From contig JAJUJV010000001.1 in the NCBI GenBank assembly GCA_029265155.1, positions 1 to 52,861 of the forward strand: a stretch of 52,861 nucleotides of DNA. Direction: 5' to 3'. The stretch comes from Altererythrobacter sp. Lineage in GTDB: Bacteria; Pseudomonadota; Alphaproteobacteria; Sphingomonadales; Sphingomonadaceae. The position numbers were made by a program, and so were the translations under genes. Below are positions 48,859 to 52,861 of this stretch, one piece after another. Each line of letters opens with the position of its first letter. The first letter of the stretch is position 1. The notes below the pieces were generated by a model, which saw nothing but the letters and a program-made list of their open reading frames with translations, ran no database searches and had not been told where the DNA came from.

Positions 48859-50871
48859 GTGCGTCAGAAGTTCACTCCCACCCTGCTTACCCAGACTTTC
48901 GAGCGTCGCAGCTTCATCATCGGCGCGGTCCAGGGCGGCGTGGGCATGCTCCTTGCCGCGCGCATGGGCTACATCGCGGTCGCCGAAAACGAAAAATATG
49001 AGATGGAGGCCGAGAGCAACAGGGTGAACCTCACTCTGATCCCGCCGCGCAGGGGCTGGATCCTCGACCGTAACGGCTCTCCGCTCGCTTCCAACCGCGC
49101 CGACTTTCGCGTCGACATCATTCCAGACCGACTGGAGGATCCGGAACGAACGATCCAAACGCTTGGAAATCTGCTGGGCTTCACGCCGGTCGAGATCCAG
49201 GATCTGCGCGACAAGATAGACAAGGCAGCCGGCTTCCAGCCCGTACAGGTCGCCGACGGCCTCGACTATGACACCTTTGCGGCCGTCAGCGTGCGGTTGC
49301 CGGACCTGCATGGCGTCGTGCCGCAGCGCGGCTTTTCCCGCTACTATCCGACCGGACCGGCAGTGGGGCACCTGATCGGGTATGTCGGGGCAGCATCGCG
49401 CGAAGAGTACGAAGCCGAGCCCAGCCCGCTGCTGCTCACGCCCGGATTCAAGCTCGGCAAGGACGGGCTCGAGAAGCAGTTCGAGCAGGTCTTGCGCGGC
49501 CGGCCTGGGGCGCGGCGAAGCGAGGTCACCGCGAGGGGCCGCATCGTGCGCGATCTGGAAACGCGCGAGGACGTCCAGGGCAGACCGATCCAGCTCACGA
49601 TCGACGGTCCGCTGCAGGATTACGCCGCGCGCCGCATCGGCCTGGAAAGCGGCTCGGTGGTGGTGATGGATTGCGTCACCGGTGAGCTTCTGTGCATGGC
49701 TTCGATGCCGAGCTTCGATCCCAACAGCTTTTCCGACGGCATCGGCAGGGTCGAGTACCAGATGCTCAGCGAGAACGAACGCGTGCCGCTGCGTAACAAG
49801 GTGCTGAAGGGCCTTTACCCACCGGGCTCGACGGTCAAGCCGATGCACGCGATGGCCTTCCTCAAGGCGGGCATCCGGCCCGAGGAGTCGGTCGTCTGCA
49901 GCGGCGGGTTGCGGGTCGGCAACCGGTTCTTCCGATGCCACTCCACTCACGGTCGGACCGACATGGCCAAGGCCATCTATGCGAGCTGCGACACCTATTT
50001 CTATCACTTCGCTCAGCGAGTCGGCTTCGATCGGGTCGCCGCGTTCGCCCGTGAAGTGGGAATGGGACAGGAATTCGATCTTCCGGTGGCCAGCCAGTTC
50101 TTCGGCACCGTTCCCGATCCGGCGTGGAAGCAGCGCAAGTACGGGACTGCATGGCAGCCTTACGACACGGTCAACGCGTCGATCGGGCAAGGCTACTATC
50201 TCGCCAGCCCGTTGCAGCTCGCGGTGATGAGCGCTCGCCTTGCCTCCGGCCGCGACGTGCAGCCGCGGTTGATCAAGTCTGAAACAGCGCCGAACTTTCC
50301 TTCGCTCGGCTTCTCGTCCGAATACATCACCTACATACGCCAGGCGATGAGCGATGTGGTGAACGGTCCCGGCACCGCCGGACGTGCCCGGCTCCCGCTG
50401 GAAAACGTCCTGATGGCTGGGAAGACCGGCACCGCCCAGGTGGTCAGCCTGAGCGTTTCTGATGGTCGTTCCGGGCCGTGGAGGTATCGAGATCACGGGC
50501 TGTTCGTGTTCTTCGCGCCATTCGAGAATCCCCGCTATGCCGGCGCCGTGGTGATCGAGCACGGCGGAGGTTCGGGGGCTGCCTATCCGATAGCTCGTGA
50601 CGTCATGACGTTTGTGTTCGATCCAGCCAAAGGGCTGGAAGCGCTGCACGGGCTCGAGAAGCAGTGGGGCGGAACTGCGCAGGAGCGTCTTGCCGCCGAC
50701 TATGCGCGCTACGCGGCGGCCGCCGGTGTCGATCTGCCTCCAGCCCCCTCAGATCCGGCAACGATCATGCGCCTGGTCGATGCCGAGGCACGCGCCGCTG
50801 CGCAGTCACCGCCCGTTGCCACTGGACCGGTCGAACCGCGGCCCGAGACACCGGAAGGAGCCACACCATGA
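48859..50871 (+). CDS. mrdA: Penicillin-binding protein 2
   Basis: PPRRGWILDRNG, YPPGSTVK (SxxK), SCD, KTGTAQ. Confidence 0.95.
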   Translation: MRQKFTPTLLTQTFERRSFIIGAVQGGVGMLLAARMGYIAVAENEKYEMEAESNRVNLTLIPPRRGWILDRNGSPLASNRADFRVDIIPDRLEDPERTIQTLGNLLGFTPVEIQDLRDKIDKAAGFQPVQVADGLDYDTFAAVSVRLPDLHGVVPQRGFSRYYPTGPAVGHLIGYVGAASREEYEAEPSPLLLTPGFKLGKDGLEKQFEQVLRGRPGARRSEVTARGRIVRDLETREDVQGRPIQLTIDGPLQDYAARRIGLESGSVVVMDCVTGELLCMASMPSFDPNSFSDGIGRVEYQMLSENERVPLRNKVLKGLYPPGSTVKPMHAMAFLKAGIRPEESVVCSGGLRVGNRFFRCHSTHGRTDMAKAIYASCDTYFYHFAQRVGFDRVAAFAREVGMGQEFDLPVASQFFGTVPDPAWKQRKYGTAWQPYDTVNASIGQGYYLASPLQLAVMSARLASGRDVQPRLIKSETAPNFPSLGFSSEYITYIRQAMSDVVNGPGTAGRARLPLENVLMAGKTGTAQVVSLSVSDGRSGPWRYRDHGLFVFFAPFENPRYAGAVVIEHGGGSGAAYPIARDVMTFVFDPAKGLEALHGLEKQWGGTAQERLAADYARYAAAAGVDLPPAPSDPATIMRLVDAEARAAAQSPPVATGPVEPRPETPEGATP

Positions 50872-51989
50872 GGCTCGGCGTCCTTCCGGCTCCCCTGGCA
50901 GGCCTACCCTGGCGCGTGCTGATCCCGTTGACCTTGCTCGTCTGTTTCGGCGCGGCCGTGCTCTACTCGGCGGCGGGCGGGTCGCTGCAGCCGTTTGCCT
51001 CGTCGCACTTGATACGCTTTTCAGCATTCCTCGTCATGGCTTTGATATTGCGCCGCTTCTCGCGTGATCTGGTGATGTGGGCCGCCTATCCTGCCTATGC
51101 CGGGGTCCTGTTCCTGTTGTTGGTGGTGGAAGCGATCGGAGTGGTCGGCGGCGGAGCGCAGCGCTGGATCAATCTCGGGTTTATGCAATTGCAGCCGTCC
51201 GAATTCATGAAGCCGTGCATCGTGCTGGTCCTGGCCAGCTTCTACCATTCGCTGCCAGTGGGCATGACGGGAACATGGCGAGCGCTGGTGCCCGCCGGAA
51301 TGCTGATCGCGCTGCCGATGGGGCTGGTGCTGCTGCAACCCGACCTCGGGACCGCGCTCGCTATCGGGTTCGGCGGAGCCGTGATGATGTTCCTGGCCGG
51401 CCTGCCGGGCAAATGGTTTGCGGGGGGCGGTGTTGCCGCGGTGGTGGCGGCTCCGCTCGCCTATTTCTTCGGGCTCCACGATTATCAGCGCAAGCGGGTG
51501 CTCACGTTCCTTGACCCCGAAAGCGATCCGCTCGGGACCGGCTATCACATCACCCAGTCGAAAATTGCGATCGGTTCCGGCGGGCTGTTTGGCAAGGGCT
51601 TCGGCGAAGGTTCGCAAAGCCACCTCAACTACCTCCCCGAACCGCATACGGACTTCGTATTCGCGACGATGGCGGAAGAATGGGGCCTCATCGGCGGGCT
51701 GCTGGTGCTGCTGGTGTTCGGGATCATCCTGCGTTGGGGGCTGACGGTCGCCCGCCGCGCGCCCGACCGTTTCTCGCGCCTCCTTGCGGGAGGAATGACG
51801 GCGACGATCTTCTTCTATGTCGCAGTCAACCTGATGATGGTCATGGGCCTCGCCCCGGTGGTCGGTATCCCCCTTCCCTTCATGAGCCACGGCGGATCCT
51901 CGATGCTGACCAACATGATCTGCATCGGCACTCTGATGATGGTGGACCGCTGGAGCCAACGCCCTGCCGGCGCCAGCGCGCTTTCCTGA
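50868..51989 (+). CDS. rodA: Rod shape-determining protein RodA
   Basis: QPSEFMK, QPDLGT, LPEPHTDF, GIPLPFMSHGGS; ATG overlaps the mrdA stop. Confidence 0.96.
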   Translation: MRLGVLPAPLAGLPWRVLIPLTLLVCFGAAVLYSAAGGSLQPFASSHLIRFSAFLVMALILRRFSRDLVMWAAYPAYAGVLFLLLVVEAIGVVGGGAQRWINLGFMQLQPSEFMKPCIVLVLASFYHSLPVGMTGTWRALVPAGMLIALPMGLVLLQPDLGTALAIGFGGAVMMFLAGLPGKWFAGGGVAAVVAAPLAYFFGLHDYQRKRVLTFLDPESDPLGTGYHITQSKIAIGSGGLFGKGFGEGSQSHLNYLPEPHTDFVFATMAEEWGLIGGLLVLLVFGIILRWGLTVARRAPDRFSRLLAGGMTATIFFYVAVNLMMVMGLAPVVGIPLPFMSHGGSSMLTNMICIGTLMMVDRWSQRPAGASALS

Positions 51990-52068
51990 CGCAGCCCCTT
52001 TTCACCGCCGAAACAGCCGCTATATGGGCCGCTCCCGGCGATTCGCCGGCGCGGCAATTCGCCCGCAT

Positions 52069-52144
<76 letters not shown>

Positions 52145-52268
52145 TCCACCCATAACTCGGCACCGGCGGTCAAGGGCTTGTCTTGAAGGCGGCGCTCCAG
52201 GAGCGTTGGTGCGGCGGGCCGTCGTCGTCCGCAACGCGGCCGTTGCCGTGCTGCGCTGTTCGAGTTGA

Positions 52269-52861
52269 TCAGAAAGCTTTGGAGACCAGTACGTGCAACC
52301 GGGGGCTCGCGTCGCCGCGGTCGTAGGCTGGGCCGGACAGCGGCACAGCCGCACCCAGATCCGCCCACAGCTTGGCTCCGAGGTCCATACGTAAGCCGCT
52401 CCCTGCCGAAGCCAGCGAGCCGCCTCCGTAGCCGCCCTTCCGATTGCCCACCGTGCCGCCGTCGACAAATCCATAGAACTGGATGCTTGGGATCGCGTCA
52501 AAGGCGTTCTTCCAGTCGTAGCGGAGCTCGGCGGTTCCCATCGCACCGTGATCGCCCGAGCGCTCACTCCAGTCATAGCCGCGCAGGAACGCCGTTCCGC
52601 CCAGGCCGGTCTCTTCGGTGACCAGCAGCGGAGCTGATGACACTTGCCCCTGTGCGGCGAGGCGCAAGCTGAAGTCGCTGCCAATGGCTCCGGTCCAATC
52701 GGCCCATCCGTACGCGCTGGTGAATGTTCCGTCGGCATCCGTACGTGATGCCTGCAGGTCCCCCGCTCTGGTGGCATCGAGAACGCCGAGACCTTGCGAC
52801 ACGGTTACGCCGGCGCGCAGCCAGCCGCTACCTGCCTTGGTAACGGCGGTCCGCCGGCCAA
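52269..52861 (-). CDS. ShlB/FhaC/HecB (TpsB-like) outer-membrane barrel, C-terminal part (gene starts beyond the window)
   Basis: GLGGTAFLRGYD loop motif, ELRYD, FYGFVDGG, SAGSGLR, terminal Phe; frame open to the window end. Confidence 0.85.
   Translation of the reverse strand, partial: GRRTAVTKAGSGWLRAGVTVSQGLGVLDATRAGDLQASRTDADGTFTSAYGWADWTGAIGSDFSLRLAAQGQVSSAPLLVTEETGLGGTAFLRGYDWSERSGDHGAMGTAELRYDWKNAFDAIPSIQFYGFVDGGTVGNRKGGYGGGSLASAGSGLRMDLGAKLWADLGAAVPLSGPAYDRGDASPRLHVLVSKAF

Overview
High-GC alphaproteobacterial chromosome segment. Gene content and repeats suggest Sphingomonadales, probably Erythrobacteraceae (inference). It is mostly housekeeping: phaR (partial), proS, rnr, usp, pdhC-thioesterase-lpdA, a complete phoR-oprP-pstSCAB-phoU-phoB cluster with Pho boxes, tRNA-Ser, mltB-rlpA-dacA-tmk-holB-metG-tatD-MBL hydrolase-mazG, dusB-ntrBC-ntrYX-hfq-hflX, ispDF-cinA, lipA-ratA, carbonic anhydrase-NYN, mutL, mreBCD-mrdA-rodA, tRNA-Lys and a partial TpsB-like barrel. 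The main non-genic result is that the window appears to span the replication terminus. A 28-bp dif-like XerC/XerD site (28686-28713) sits directly before mazG, and the KOPS octamers I found by eye all point toward it from both sides. Other items worth follow-up: an uncharacterised His-His periplasmic protein plus membrane protein pair, a LexA box before an unannotated 32-aa ORF, an EcfG promoter before a 52-aa acidic ORF, an XRE/MmyB regulator with a palindromic operator and a nonsense-interrupted target gene, a tandem two-domain Hfq with a probable CTG-started hflX, and an RlpA with degenerate catalytic motifs. No CRISPR array, integrase or transposase was seen. All calls are by eye and no searches were run.
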